The position numbers and the translations under genes were made by a program. The notes under the pieces were generated by a model. That model saw nothing but the letters and a program-made list of their open reading frames with translations, did no database searches and was not told the origin of the DNA. This document shows, in pieces, positions 15,951 through 25,610 of a stretch of DNA of 32,000 bases (the first letter of the stretch is position 1; every line of letters begins with the position of its first letter). The DNA is from Candidatus Baldrarchaeum yapensis (GTDB lineage: Archaea; Asgardarchaeota; Baldrarchaeia; Baldrarchaeales; Baldrarchaeaceae), in the NCBI GenBank assembly GCA_016840465.1, contig JAEOSH010000001.1, forward strand, positions 30,001-62,000, given 5' to 3'.

Positions 15951-17744
15951 TTAGATCTTGAAGTTTTTTACGAAATCTACCATTTTTTCCGGCTCTTTTG
16001 GTCCTACTGCGACTTCCCATCCAGTTTTTGACGCTATATCACTGGCTAGATCTTTTAAGTCCTCCGAAACGATGAGTTTTCTATGCTTAACCAAATTTGC
16101 AATACCCGTGCGGTCTAAACACTGCGCTACTGCGTCTCCGCTGACCTCTCCGTCTTTAATTGCTTCTTCCAGCGTTTTACCCTTAGTACCAAGGACCACA
16201 ATCCATGCAGAGACATTTGCTTCGGCAAGCGGCACACGTAATGAATAATGCTCTTTGATATTGCTACTAGTTAGCACAACGGGGGCATTCTCGCTCGGTG
16301 ATTTGACCCCATATACTCCTTCTCTCACCCAGTATGACTTTCTAAGGAACTCAGGTATTCCAGCTGAGTCTCTTGGCCCTACGTGAACGTCCCATCCGGT
16401 TGCATCCTCTAATTCTCCCTTCAATCTTGCCGCAAGACCCGGTATTATTATTGCCCTATGCTTAACCACCTTTTCTAAACCTGCCTCCTTCATTGCCTCC
16501 GCTATTGAGTCCGCAGTCATGGTTCCGCCTGCCACCGCAGACTCAACATTGATGCCTCCTGTGTCTACCACTAGTAACCACGCATCGGCCTTTCCTTCCA
16601 CGTCGTTTCTTACAAGGTGATACGTTATTGCGAAGTTGCAAGTCACAAGGACTGGTGACCATTCATTTGGATTTCCTAACTTCTTAAGTCCTGGCTCAAC
16701 CGCAGGGTGTATCCGTGGGTCGGTGTAAATGTCCTGCCTGAGGGTTAAAGGTGCAAGAAGGGACCATGTATCAAGCGTGTGTATAATTAAGATGTCAGCA
16801 AACCTCTCAATAAGCATTGAGCAGAGAATAGATTCCATGAAAGCAAGTTCGATTTTTTCCGCTTCAGATAATGACGCACCATCTTTTCCTGCCCATACGA
16901 CAGCTGGTATTCCTAGAAGTGGCCATCCGAGTTCTTTGTCGCCCTTCTCTATCGCCGCCCTTCTTATCATAGTGAATATGTCAAGAGTGTCTGCTAATTG
17001 TCCTTCCCCAAAGAATGTTCCGGGATCAAGAACTATTTCCTTAATTCCAGCTTTCATGAACGCTCTTACAATGGATTTCAGCGTCGAAATGTCACCAGGG
17101 GCAGAAACCACGACGGGAACATTGTATTTCTGTGCTAGTTTACCGACTTCCTTCCAGTTATCTTTTGTTGCGGCATAAATCAATGGTTTTCTCTCTTTAG
17201 CCACTTCAAGCCCTGCTTCTAGAACTTTTGGATCGAGACTGCAAAGTATTAATGGTAGTTGACTATTCTCTACAACTTTCCTTACGCATTCCGCAAATTT
17301 TGCAGGATTCCCACTTGTACAGCGTACTGCAATTGCATCGAGCCTGTAGACTTGTCCTACCCTTTCAATCTTGAACTCGCTAATTCTCTTCACTCTAGCT
17401 ATGAGTTCATCCTCGGGCATTTCGTCATGAACGTCAATCGCAAAGACTGTAGGATTATAAAATGTTAATTCATGTCTGTACATCACTTCTTCTCCGCCAA
17501 TTGTTACTGCATTATCCCCAACGCCTATTACCACTGGCCTCACTGGTGGTGTTAGAAGTTCTTCTAACTTCTTTCGCGCACTCTCATATTTAGGATCCGT
17601 AAATAATGGCTTGCATTGTTCAAGTTTGGCTTCTCTTTGTATTAATTTGTAAGCAAACGCCATACAACTATCATATCCACATTCCTTACAATTAGTCCCT
17701 GGAAGCAATCTATAAACATCAAGCGGTTTCACCCTCTCGGACAT
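15951..17744 (-). CDS. cdhE: Acetyl-CoA decarbonylase/synthase gamma subunit (corrinoid Fe-S protein large subunit) with duplicated C-terminal domain
   Basis: LPGTNCKECGYDSCMAFA...C Fe-S domain, TIM barrel, DIYTDP, corrinoid domain (SPVLVTCNF, IIPGLAA, VGPRDS), then a second degenerate copy. Start ATG 17744 behind GAGGTG. Confidence 0.95.
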   Translation of the reverse strand: MSERVKPLDVYRLLPGTNCKECGYDSCMAFAYKLIQREAKLEQCKPLFTDPKYESARKKLEELLTPPVRPVVIGVGDNAVTIGGEEVMYRHELTFYNPTVFAIDVHDEMPEDELIARVKRISEFKIERVGQVYRLDAIAVRCTSGNPAKFAECVRKVVENSQLPLILCSLDPKVLEAGLEVAKERKPLIYAATKDNWKEVGKLAQKYNVPVVVSAPGDISTLKSIVRAFMKAGIKEIVLDPGTFFGEGQLADTLDIFTMIRRAAIEKGDKELGWPLLGIPAVVWAGKDGASLSEAEKIELAFMESILCSMLIERFADILIIHTLDTWSLLAPLTLRQDIYTDPRIHPAVEPGLKKLGNPNEWSPVLVTCNFAITYHLVRNDVEGKADAWLLVVDTGGINVESAVAGGTMTADSIAEAMKEAGLEKVVKHRAIIIPGLAARLKGELEDATGWDVHVGPRDSAGIPEFLRKSYWVREGVYGVKSPSENAPVVLTSSNIKEHYSLRVPLAEANVSAWIVVLGTKGKTLEEAIKDGEVSGDAVAQCLDRTGIANLVKHRKLIVSEDLKDLASDIASKTGWEVAVGPKEPEKMVDFVKNFKI

Positions 17745-17754
17745 ATTGTACACC

Positions 17755-18951
17755 TCATACTTTCATTGATACCCAATTGTAGAACATGGACACTTCCGCT
17801 TTTTTGTCAGAGATGAGAAAGTCTCTTATAGTTTTCACTATTTTTACCGCTGCTGGGTGTAACATCATTAGGAGATCACATCCTGCAAGCATAAGTCCTA
17901 TCCCTGTCGTTGCTTCCCAGAGTGGACCACGATATTCTGGCGGGCCCCATTCAGGTGCTTTTTTCTGTGATAACCATGCTTCTCTTGCCGCCCATGCATT
18001 CGTTATACCACCACTTATAGGCATCTGTAGAAGTTCCTCGCCTTTAAGCGCTGCTAGGCGTATTCTCTCGAAAACGCTGAATGCATACTGATAACCATAT
18101 CCGACTGCTGCTGATGTTGGATCCATGATTATTCGATCCTTCGGAAGACCTTCGCCCATCAGTCTGTTATTAAGTTCCTTGGCACCTGGGAAGTCTATGA
18201 AGCTAAGAGCTATCACATTATGTCCATATTCAACAGCCGCTCTTGCAATTCTAGCGTAATCATTTGCAAGCGATGCTGTGCTCAATGCGGTTCGTTCTCC
18301 TTCAATAACTTCCGCTGCTGCCTCTAGCACTAAAGGATCTTTCTTATTATCACCCGATCCACCTATTATTATTGGTACATCCTTAATTTGCTGGTATATC
18401 TCTTCAACAAGCTTAGCTGCTTCCTTTGGAGATTTATCTCCATATTCTGGGCTTGTGCTAATAAGATGAAGGGTTATAAGGTCCGGTTCGAACTCAAGTG
18501 CCTTCTTTGCCCAAGCTATTGGATCCTCCAGCACATCTTCGAAGTGTTGTCTAATCGGCTTTGGCAATCTAATCGGGTAATCAAATACATCCATCGATAC
18601 TACTGGTTTGTTCTTCATGGGATAATCGAATCTATAGAATGGAGGAGCCTTTTCCCCGCCTATCTTAATGACCTTCTTGCGACTGCCTCCCTCGGATTTT
18701 GTGGCTCCTATCTGCACTTCAACTATTTCTCCGGGGAATTCTTCACGTGGAATTTCGAAAGGTACGGTTTCCAGCGTTAGTTCTTCTAAGCTAACGCCTG
18801 GTGCTGCGGGTGGTCTTGCTAATGTTGGTAATATATTTAAGACCAATTCTTCAGCCTCTATTTCGACATTTTCCAGCTCTAACTCTCCAAATTTCTCGAG
18901 TATTTCAAGTATCGTTTTGCCAAGTCTTCTAATTTCTTCCTCCCCGCTCAT
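17755..18951 (-). CDS. cdhD: Acetyl-CoA decarbonylase/synthase delta subunit
   Basis: IGATKSEGGSR, IGGEK, HLIST, IGGSG, IIMDPTSAAVGYG, ERIRLAALKG, NAWAAREAW, MMLHP. Confidence 0.95.
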   Translation of the reverse strand: MSGEEEIRRLGKTILEILEKFGELELENVEIEAEELVLNILPTLARPPAAPGVSLEELTLETVPFEIPREEFPGEIVEVQIGATKSEGGSRKKVIKIGGEKAPPFYRFDYPMKNKPVVSMDVFDYPIRLPKPIRQHFEDVLEDPIAWAKKALEFEPDLITLHLISTSPEYGDKSPKEAAKLVEEIYQQIKDVPIIIGGSGDNKKDPLVLEAAAEVIEGERTALSTASLANDYARIARAAVEYGHNVIALSFIDFPGAKELNNRLMGEGLPKDRIIMDPTSAAVGYGYQYAFSVFERIRLAALKGEELLQMPISGGITNAWAAREAWLSQKKAPEWGPPEYRGPLWEATTGIGLMLAGCDLLMMLHPAAVKIVKTIRDFLISDKKAEVSMFYNWVSMKV

Positions 18952-18957
18952 AACGAA

Positions 18958-20349
18958 TCACTCTTTCTTCTTCTTCTTTGGAGGAAGTTCTCTCCTGATG
19001 ATCATCTTCTCAGCCGTTATCTTCACATTCTTAAATATTATTCTGAATCCGCCAGCAACCGGCACTCCTTCAACTGGAACCATCGCTGGAACCATTTCTA
19101 CTTCTTCTGGTACTTCTTCGGCTTTTTCTTCCATCTTTGCCCATCTTTCGACAACAGGGTGACCCTTCTGCTTCAGGAACTCTCTCAATTCTTCAATGGT
19201 CATAGCATCCTTCTCGGTTGCTATCTTATCATAAAGTTCTGGCGGAATAGCGTCCTTTACACGTTCCTTTATGTGACTTGGCATCCACACGACCCTAGAC
19301 CAGCCACCGTCAGCTTGGAAGAACTTTGGAGATCTCATGTAACCTATCGAAATACCAACGAAACCTTCTACCTGACGCCCTCCGCCAACTTCATTTGCTA
19401 ACGCTGAGAACGTTAGTCCTATTACTGTTGGCCCTTTGAAGTTTCTGTCAACAATTCCTATTCCATCAACTTCGGGTATGTAGAACGCTATTGCTTCGCA
19501 ACAACCACATGTTGTGTGCGGATAACCGAACATACTATAAAGGTAAACCCGTTCGACTTCGCCAAGAGATTTTTCCCTGACCGCCTCGTTTGCTCCTGAA
19601 TATTCTCCCCTTATAGGATCTAAACATTCTCCCTTCTCAACCCTGAAGTTCGGACCCTTCGGATCAATGCGTGCTGCCGCCCTTGCGTCAAGCCACGATA
19701 TTGAGCCGCAAAGCGATAGTCTATCCGGTGTAATTATACAGACGTGCGAAGGAGCAAAAGACTGGCATAGAGTACAACCGTAAAATTCCTCCACATCCTC
19801 ATCGTGAAGGGCTAATGCTCTTGCATCTCTTTCCTCATAAATCTTTAATGCCTTATCAAACCATTCCTTGACCTTTTCCGGATCCGTTATGAAGGTTACC
19901 TGTATCTTTTCAATTATTGGAAACTCCGATTTAAAGAGTCGTATGAGCACCTTTCCAATGTAGTTAAAGGAGTTCAATCCCTTCTTAAATGATGATCTGC
20001 TTAGCCTTAGCCAAATGTCGTAACGTTGGTTTAGATGCATGAATCCCTCAATGTAGTTGCAGAAGTAGTGAATTCTACGCTCAAATACACCTTCGAGATC
20101 CTTTTCTAACTCTTTGCCTGCGACCTCGACAATAATTCCAAAGGGATATGATTTCCCTTCCTCGAGGTCCTTGATGTCGGGGCCAACTATTATTACTTTT
20201 CCGTCCTCTACTTCCTCAGGTGGCTTGACCAAGCAAAGTTCGAACTTTTCCTTTACATTAGGACCTCCAAACTCGACATACATCTGTTCCTTTCTGATAC
20301 GCTCACCTTCATATATTGGACCGACATCTACCGGGATGTCTTCAAACAT
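18958..20349 (-). CDS. cdhC: Acetyl-CoA synthase beta subunit (archaeal ACS)
   Basis: PVDVGPIYEGERIRK, ERRIHYF, QRYDIW, FYGCTLCQSFAPSHVC, LCGSISW, HTTCGCCE, FFQADGG. Start 20349 or 20355. Confidence 0.96.
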   Translation of the reverse strand: MFEDIPVDVGPIYEGERIRKEQMYVEFGGPNVKEKFELCLVKPPEEVEDGKVIIVGPDIKDLEEGKSYPFGIIVEVAGKELEKDLEGVFERRIHYFCNYIEGFMHLNQRYDIWLRLSRSSFKKGLNSFNYIGKVLIRLFKSEFPIIEKIQVTFITDPEKVKEWFDKALKIYEERDARALALHDEDVEEFYGCTLCQSFAPSHVCIITPDRLSLCGSISWLDARAAARIDPKGPNFRVEKGECLDPIRGEYSGANEAVREKSLGEVERVYLYSMFGYPHTTCGCCEAIAFYIPEVDGIGIVDRNFKGPTVIGLTFSALANEVGGGRQVEGFVGISIGYMRSPKFFQADGGWSRVVWMPSHIKERVKDAIPPELYDKIATEKDAMTIEELREFLKQKGHPVVERWAKMEEKAEEVPEEVEMVPAMVPVEGVPVAGGFRIIFKNVKITAEKMIIRRELPPKKKKKE

Positions 20350-20358
20350 TCCCATACC

Positions 20359-20895
20359 TCATCCCCCCTTGAGGGAGGATATCATTTTTTCAAGAGCCTC
20401 TTTCCAATCTTTTTCGGAGAGGTTGGGGAAGGACCATGTTGCGTTTGGTTGGTACTCCTTATCGAGGGATATCGTGATCAACTTGGGTGCGAAATGTTTC
20501 AATGCGGATAACATCTGACTCTGTAGGTAGTAGGTGATGCCGAAGAATATAGCATGCGTGTATCCGCCATTTCCGTCGAATCCTTTCCACTCGGGATCCT
20601 TAAGCATGTTTGTTATGTTAATAAGAGGCATTGTTGCAACGGGTTTCACGCCATGTTCGAGGAGTATCTTTCTTGAGTGCGCCGTTGCAACCACCGGAAT
20701 TCCAAGCTTTGCAAGCTCAACTACGTACTTCACAAGAGGTTCTCCATCGACTTTCTCGGTGACTATTCTAGCTCCAACTATTAGTATTGGTCTCTTCGCC
20801 TTTTTCAGTATTTTAGCTACTGCTTCTCCTGATTTTAGGATACTTGCTGTTTTTGGTCCCGGGATATTACTAATCTGCCAGGGTTTCGCACTCAT
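20359..20895 (-). CDS. cdhB: Acetyl-CoA decarbonylase/synthase epsilon subunit
   Basis: PWQ..PGP, AKRPILIVG, WKGFDGNG, GITYYL, TISLDKEYQPNATWSF; ATGA overlap with cdhA. Confidence 0.93.
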   Translation of the reverse strand: MSAKPWQISNIPGPKTASILKSGEAVAKILKKAKRPILIVGARIVTEKVDGEPLVKYVVELAKLGIPVVATAHSRKILLEHGVKPVATMPLINITNMLKDPEWKGFDGNGGYTHAIFFGITYYLQSQMLSALKHFAPKLITISLDKEYQPNATWSFPNLSEKDWKEALEKMISSLKGG

Positions 20896-23240
20896 TTCGC
20901 CTTCCTCCTTATGAGTCTTGGTAGTAATGTCGGGTCGGGTATCTTCATGGGTTTCCAGCCCTTCTCCTTAAGAAACTCGAGAACTTCATCCTTCATTGTA
21001 ATGGGGATATCTGCCTCCGTTCTGACGAACAGGTGCAGATCTTCGGGCAAGCCACCGAAGAACTTCTTGTGTAAGTCTATATAGTGGGCAAGCTTTATAG
21101 CCCTTCCTTTTGTCGTGTCATTTGGCCTTATACATAACTTCGCTGTCATCACCATTGCCTCCTCCTTGCTCTCGGCAGGGTAGATTAGGTGCTCAGGAGC
21201 CGGACCCGCATACACCTTTTCGCCCGTTCTTGCGTCATACACGTACCAGTCCTCCTCTCTGTCCGGTCTACCAAGATACGCCCTACGATACTTGCTCCCA
21301 TGAGGACCAACTATTGCTGGAATTCCTAGTCTGTTGAAACCTGTAGCGATAGAGGCTGCCTTCTGGCTCATCGCACCCCAGGCAACACCAACTGCCCCCA
21401 CTCTGTTGAGTATGTAGTCAGCAATTTCCTCGTAGTTTCCTCTCAGGTTTCTTCGTGCGAATATGCTTGCAATCTTTATTGCGGCTCCCGATATGTGCGC
21501 ATTTGCAACACATGAACCAACGTTAACGAGACAACCTGCGTCGAAGTCTCCAGGATACACCTCGTATAATCCCTTGCCCTCCTCGGTCAAGTAGCGTGCG
21601 ATGTCCATTGCCTCACATCCGCTTGCTACAACTATATATCTTCTCCTAAGGAATTCTTCCGCCATTTCTGCAACTTCTCTATAGCTTCCTGGATAGTTGG
21701 GGCAACCAATATAAGCGACTACTCCCGGAATTTCTCCTAACACTATAGGAGCACCAACATTTCTTATCTCAGTGTCCTTAATCGGACCACGACCCGCTCG
21801 TATCTTGTATCTCTCCTTTTCGATCTCTGCCTCAGCGGCCTTTGTCATCAGCGTGAATATCGGGATACCCCTCGGGCATGCACTTTCACATCTTCCACAT
21901 CCGACACAAACTTCTGCCAACTCCGCTAACTTGCTGAGGTCGCCATTCTTGGCTGCTTGAACTGCTTCGTTTACTGGATAGTCATTGGGGCATGCCCTTC
22001 TACAAGATTTGCAGTTTGTACACTTCTTGGCGAGTTCTATTAATTCCTCCTTGCTAGGTAGCGTTTTGTATTGTTTTCTAAGTGGTGCTATCTTTATTGC
22101 TGTTTTCACTACGAGTTCTGCCGCCTTGCGTGGATCCTCTATGAACACTCCTGGGACTCTAAAGTTCACAAGATCGTCGACTATTTCATCAATGGGATCA
22201 TGTGTCCGGTCTGGTAACCCTTCACACTTCTTCTCATTAGTTGCTACCACCGGTGCATGTATTCTTTGCGCTTCTCTCACAATATCTGCTCGAATACACT
22301 GCTCATCCACTATAATGACATCTGGGATTCCTGTTCTTATATATCTTAATTGTCTGCTGAGAGGACCTATTATTTTGGCACCGGAATAGTATCGTGTCAT
22401 GTCATGCGCAGTGCAGCAAACTCCACATACCTCTACCTTATCATAGAGGTTGTGTTCCCTGAGATAATCGACGATCTCTACAGCAGGTGCAACATTATGG
22501 CCGATACACAAGATGACCGGCTTATTCCTATCTACAGTACCGAAACCTATTTCTACAAGTGGGGCGTCTGGGTCTCCCTTCGGGAAATTAAGCGCAACTA
22601 TTTGGATTATGTCTGCGATCTCCATGGCTAAATGATCAAGCATACCAACATGGAGGGCCTTGCTTTCAAAGTCCAAGTAATTTCCTTCCTGACCAGTGTG
22701 TGTTGCACTTAATAGTTGTACCAATTGTTCCTCTACATACTTTAGTGCAACATCGAAATCGCCTATTGTTTTCGGTCTAAAACCACAAATTAGTCTTGTA
22801 TGGGGAGCTTCTACTGCAATATCTCCTCCGAGGTCAACTGGGACATTTCTACCAAACTTCTCCACCAAATAGTGCCATAAGTGTCGAGCATGACCTGCGT
22901 GGGCGGCGAGACCGATTAGGCACGCCAGTAGCACAATTCTACCCTGTTGAGTTCCTATATCGAGGCCACAAGCACCACGTTTTCCTGCGGTGAGATCACA
23001 TTTGCCATATGTACATAAGCAACATAAATCACAGAAGGGTGCATAGAAGGGCTTATATCTCTTTAATAATGTCATATCCCACGATCTGAGATCCGTGACT
23101 TTGGGGAAGGGTGTCGGCCCCATTGGTTCCCATTCTTCCTCTTCTTCTATCACCGCGCCAATTGCGACCTCAAGGCCCTTTATCACGCCAATAGTCGTCT
23201 GCACTTCGGTTGCTTTAAGACGCAAGGATTCTCCGCTCAA
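20892..23240 (-). CDS. cdhA: CO dehydrogenase alpha subunit (archaeal CdhA)
   Basis: CDLCCLCTYGKC, GACG, HAGHARH, IGHN, GVCCT, DEQC, CTNCKSCRRACP, CVGCGRCESACP, GCPN, GSCVANAH, SQKA; TTG start with GGTGG SD. Confidence 0.97.
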   Translation of the reverse strand: MSGESLRLKATEVQTTIGVIKGLEVAIGAVIEEEEEWEPMGPTPFPKVTDLRSWDMTLLKRYKPFYAPFCDLCCLCTYGKCDLTAGKRGACGLDIGTQQGRIVLLACLIGLAAHAGHARHLWHYLVEKFGRNVPVDLGGDIAVEAPHTRLICGFRPKTIGDFDVALKYVEEQLVQLLSATHTGQEGNYLDFESKALHVGMLDHLAMEIADIIQIVALNFPKGDPDAPLVEIGFGTVDRNKPVILCIGHNVAPAVEIVDYLREHNLYDKVEVCGVCCTAHDMTRYYSGAKIIGPLSRQLRYIRTGIPDVIIVDEQCIRADIVREAQRIHAPVVATNEKKCEGLPDRTHDPIDEIVDDLVNFRVPGVFIEDPRKAAELVVKTAIKIAPLRKQYKTLPSKEELIELAKKCTNCKSCRRACPNDYPVNEAVQAAKNGDLSKLAELAEVCVGCGRCESACPRGIPIFTLMTKAAEAEIEKERYKIRAGRGPIKDTEIRNVGAPIVLGEIPGVVAYIGCPNYPGSYREVAEMAEEFLRRRYIVVASGCEAMDIARYLTEEGKGLYEVYPGDFDAGCLVNVGSCVANAHISGAAIKIASIFARRNLRGNYEEIADYILNRVGAVGVAWGAMSQKAASIATGFNRLGIPAIVGPHGSKYRRAYLGRPDREEDWYVYDARTGEKVYAGPAPEHLIYPAESKEEAMVMTAKLCIRPNDTTKGRAIKLAHYIDLHKKFFGGLPEDLHLFVRTEADIPITMKDEVLEFLKEKGWKPMKIPDPTLLPRLIRRKAK

Positions 23241-23291
23241 TGCTCCGCCACCTTAAGTTCATTTCGGTTCTCTATCTAAGAGATTCAGAAA

Positions 23292-23307
23292 ATTTAAAAT
23301 CTTTATG
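23292..23307 (-). promoter_or_regulatory. Candidate BRE/TATA promoter of cdhABCDE
   Basis: Minus strand reads CATAAAGA-TTTTAAAT about 50 bp upstream of the cdhA start. Confidence 0.45.
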
Positions 23308-23722
23308 CCGAGATTGCGAATTGAGGGTGTTACCTTTTTCGAGAAAATTATTACCATATGTGAGGACCTTTCATATGAGTATTTTTATCGCCTCATAACA
23401 ACGTGCTTCTCTTCGTTTTTTACGCTCTATATCTCTTTATTAAGCTCGTACTTATCGCTATAAGTAAAGATTGCAATGCTTTTGAGAAACTGTACCATAT
23501 TTGCTCGTAAATATGCAAAAATCTTTATAAACAACGTCTAAATCGAAATATTCGCTATTATAACTTGCAATATGTTAATCTCCTAGTTTGAATATTCACT
23601 GTACTAATTTTCAGATAGCTTTTCTGGAAATCTTCTTCGTCCGATTGTGATGATGCCAGATGTCAAGGAAAAAGATTAGATTGCTGCGAAAAGACAGTGT
23701 ACTAAAATATTTTCGCAAATTA

Positions 23723-24619
23723 TCATTTGAAGAGTTCATGGAGGTGTATTTTATATTGTCCCAGTTTTCCTCCGTAGTTTCCTGCTGATATCATCTTCAC
23801 TCCAGGAACTTTTGCTGCCTCTCTTATTCCCACGGCCATTGCTTCCTTAACGCTCTCTAAGGTTAGGCCATTTATCACGATCTCGTAGACGCAGTTTACG
23901 CCCTCCGGTATCTTGCTGTCAGTAACTTTTTCTCTTAAAGTTGGACAATATTGGTGATTTGTCGATGCATGCATGAATTTATATTTCAAGCTTCCAACTT
24001 TGCTTCCGCTTCTGCATATACCACCAGGGAATGGTGTTATAACGCCTTCTACTTTGCTAATTACATCAACAGCTCTTTTTGCTGCTTCAAGGCCTGCCTT
24101 GAGGTTTTCAGATAATATTAAGAAGTTTCCTCCGGCAACTCCTTTCTTTCCTCCGAAAGTCTCCTCTATTATGAACTCTCCTTCCATTACCGGAATCTTC
24201 CAGACAGTTCGCCCGCCTATTTCTCCTTTTTCCTCAAATCCATCTCCAAAATATCTGATTTGCCTCCCGGTTGGGAATGTTATTTCTGGATCTTCAAGAG
24301 CATTGAATGCAGCTGTTGTGGGGGCAGTTAATACGCATTGCGATATTCTAGCTAATAATTGCTCACCAAGGCTTTTCTTTTTTGACGTGCAAATAATTAT
24401 AGTTACACCCGGTCTGCCATCGGGGGTTTTTTCCGATGGAACCTCTACGTCTATGCCACACTCGCTTGGGCACATGATTACGGAAGTGCCAAAGCCGACC
24501 GCGCTTCTTGCAGCAGTATATGCCCACTCTAGAGATTCGGCTGTTATTAGAACCCTAGCCATCCACATTTGAAACGCTTCGGCGAATGTATCTTCAATTT
24601 CGACACCATTTATTTTCAT
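23723..24619 (-). CDS. ftr: Formylmethanofuran:tetrahydromethanopterin formyltransferase
   Basis: INGVEIEDTFAEAF, GFGTSVIMCPSECGI, TPDGRPG, QCVLTAPT, FGDGFE, GVAGGN, SGSKVGS, ISAGNYGGKLG. Confidence 0.98.
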   Translation of the reverse strand: MKINGVEIEDTFAEAFQMWMARVLITAESLEWAYTAARSAVGFGTSVIMCPSECGIDVEVPSEKTPDGRPGVTIIICTSKKKSLGEQLLARISQCVLTAPTTAAFNALEDPEITFPTGRQIRYFGDGFEEKGEIGGRTVWKIPVMEGEFIIEETFGGKKGVAGGNFLILSENLKAGLEAAKRAVDVISKVEGVITPFPGGICRSGSKVGSLKYKFMHASTNHQYCPTLREKVTDSKIPEGVNCVYEIVINGLTLESVKEAMAVGIREAAKVPGVKMISAGNYGGKLGQYKIHLHELFK

Positions 24620-24723
24620 TTTTGAACCACCCCACTCTGCTACCCGATCTCACGTGTGGGATAACTATTTATTCATTTCAAGATTCCGTTTCATAAAGCG
24701 TTTCGTGGAGATGGGTGAGTGCC

Positions 24724-25566
24724 ATGAAAGAAGTCGTTAGAGTGGGCGTCGTTAAATGCGGAAATCTCGGAACTTCAACCATGGTTGAACTCCTTTTAGA
24801 TGAGAGAGCAGATAGGGAGGACATCGACGTTCGTGTGGTTACGAGTGGTACCAAACTCGCACCCGATGCGGCAGAAGATGCCGCAAAGGCCATCTTGCAA
24901 TTCAATCCGGACCTTGTTATAATAATATCACCGAATGCCGCACTTCCTGGACCCTCACGTGCAAGGGAGGTAATAGCAGGCGCCAACATCCCAACGATAG
25001 TCATAAGCGATGGCCCTGGAAAGAAGGCAGTGAAGGATATCGAGGCAAAGGGCATGGGGTATATAATAATTCCTGCTGATGCAATGCTCGGCGCGCGTAG
25101 GGAGTTCTTAGACCCGATTGAAATGGCAATATTCAATGCAGACATAATAAAGGTACTGGCGGTCACTGGGGTGTTCAACATAGTCTACCAAGAAATCGAT
25201 AAGGTTATAGAGAGCATAAAGAAGGGAGAAAAGCCGGAACTCCCGAAGATAATAATCGATAAAGAACTTGCGACAAACGCTGCCGGCTTTGAGAATCCTT
25301 ATGCACGTGTTAAGGCCATGGCCGCGTATGAGATGGCAAGATTTGTAGCAGATTTGACAGTGGAGGGATGTTTTGTCGTAAAGGAGAGAGAGCGCTACAT
25401 ACCGATAGTTGCAGCCGCACATGAACTCATGAGATATGCCGCATTTCTTGCCGATGAAGCCAGAGAAATAGAGAAGTACGGCGATCATGTACTTAGGATG
25501 CCACATCATAAGACAGGACAGATCCTCATAAAGAGAAAACTCCTTGAGAAACCTGCAAAACAATAA
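24724..25566 (+). CDS. mtd: F420-dependent methylene-H4MPT dehydrogenase
   Basis: VKCGNLGTS, LLLDERADREDI, ISPN, DAMLGARREFLDPIEMAIFNAD, NPYARVKA, AAHE, RMPH. ATG 24724 behind GGGTGA. Confidence 0.97.
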   Translation: MKEVVRVGVVKCGNLGTSTMVELLLDERADREDIDVRVVTSGTKLAPDAAEDAAKAILQFNPDLVIIISPNAALPGPSRAREVIAGANIPTIVISDGPGKKAVKDIEAKGMGYIIIPADAMLGARREFLDPIEMAIFNADIIKVLAVTGVFNIVYQEIDKVIESIKKGEKPELPKIIIDKELATNAAGFENPYARVKAMAAYEMARFVADLTVEGCFVVKERERYIPIVAAAHELMRYAAFLADEAREIEKYGDHVLRMPHHKTGQILIKRKLLEKPAKQ

Positions 25567-25594
25567 AAAATGCAAAAATTACCTTATCTTTTTT
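25565..25594. terminator. Candidate bidirectional oligo-T terminator between mtd and fwdF-like
   Basis: T6 on + strand (25589-25594) after the mtd stop; A6 (25565-25570) and A5 (25574-25578), i.e. T tracts on the minus strand, after the fwdF-like stop. Confidence 0.45.
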
Positions 25595-25610
25595 GACTTA
25601 TACGAGATTG

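Noticed and set aside
16326-16697. Possible HgcA (mercury methylase) similarity in the corrinoid domain
   Set aside because: The cap helix reads NVESAVAGG, lacking the N(V/I)WCA(A/G)GK Cys motif; there is no TM domain or hgcB, and it is part of full-length CdhE.
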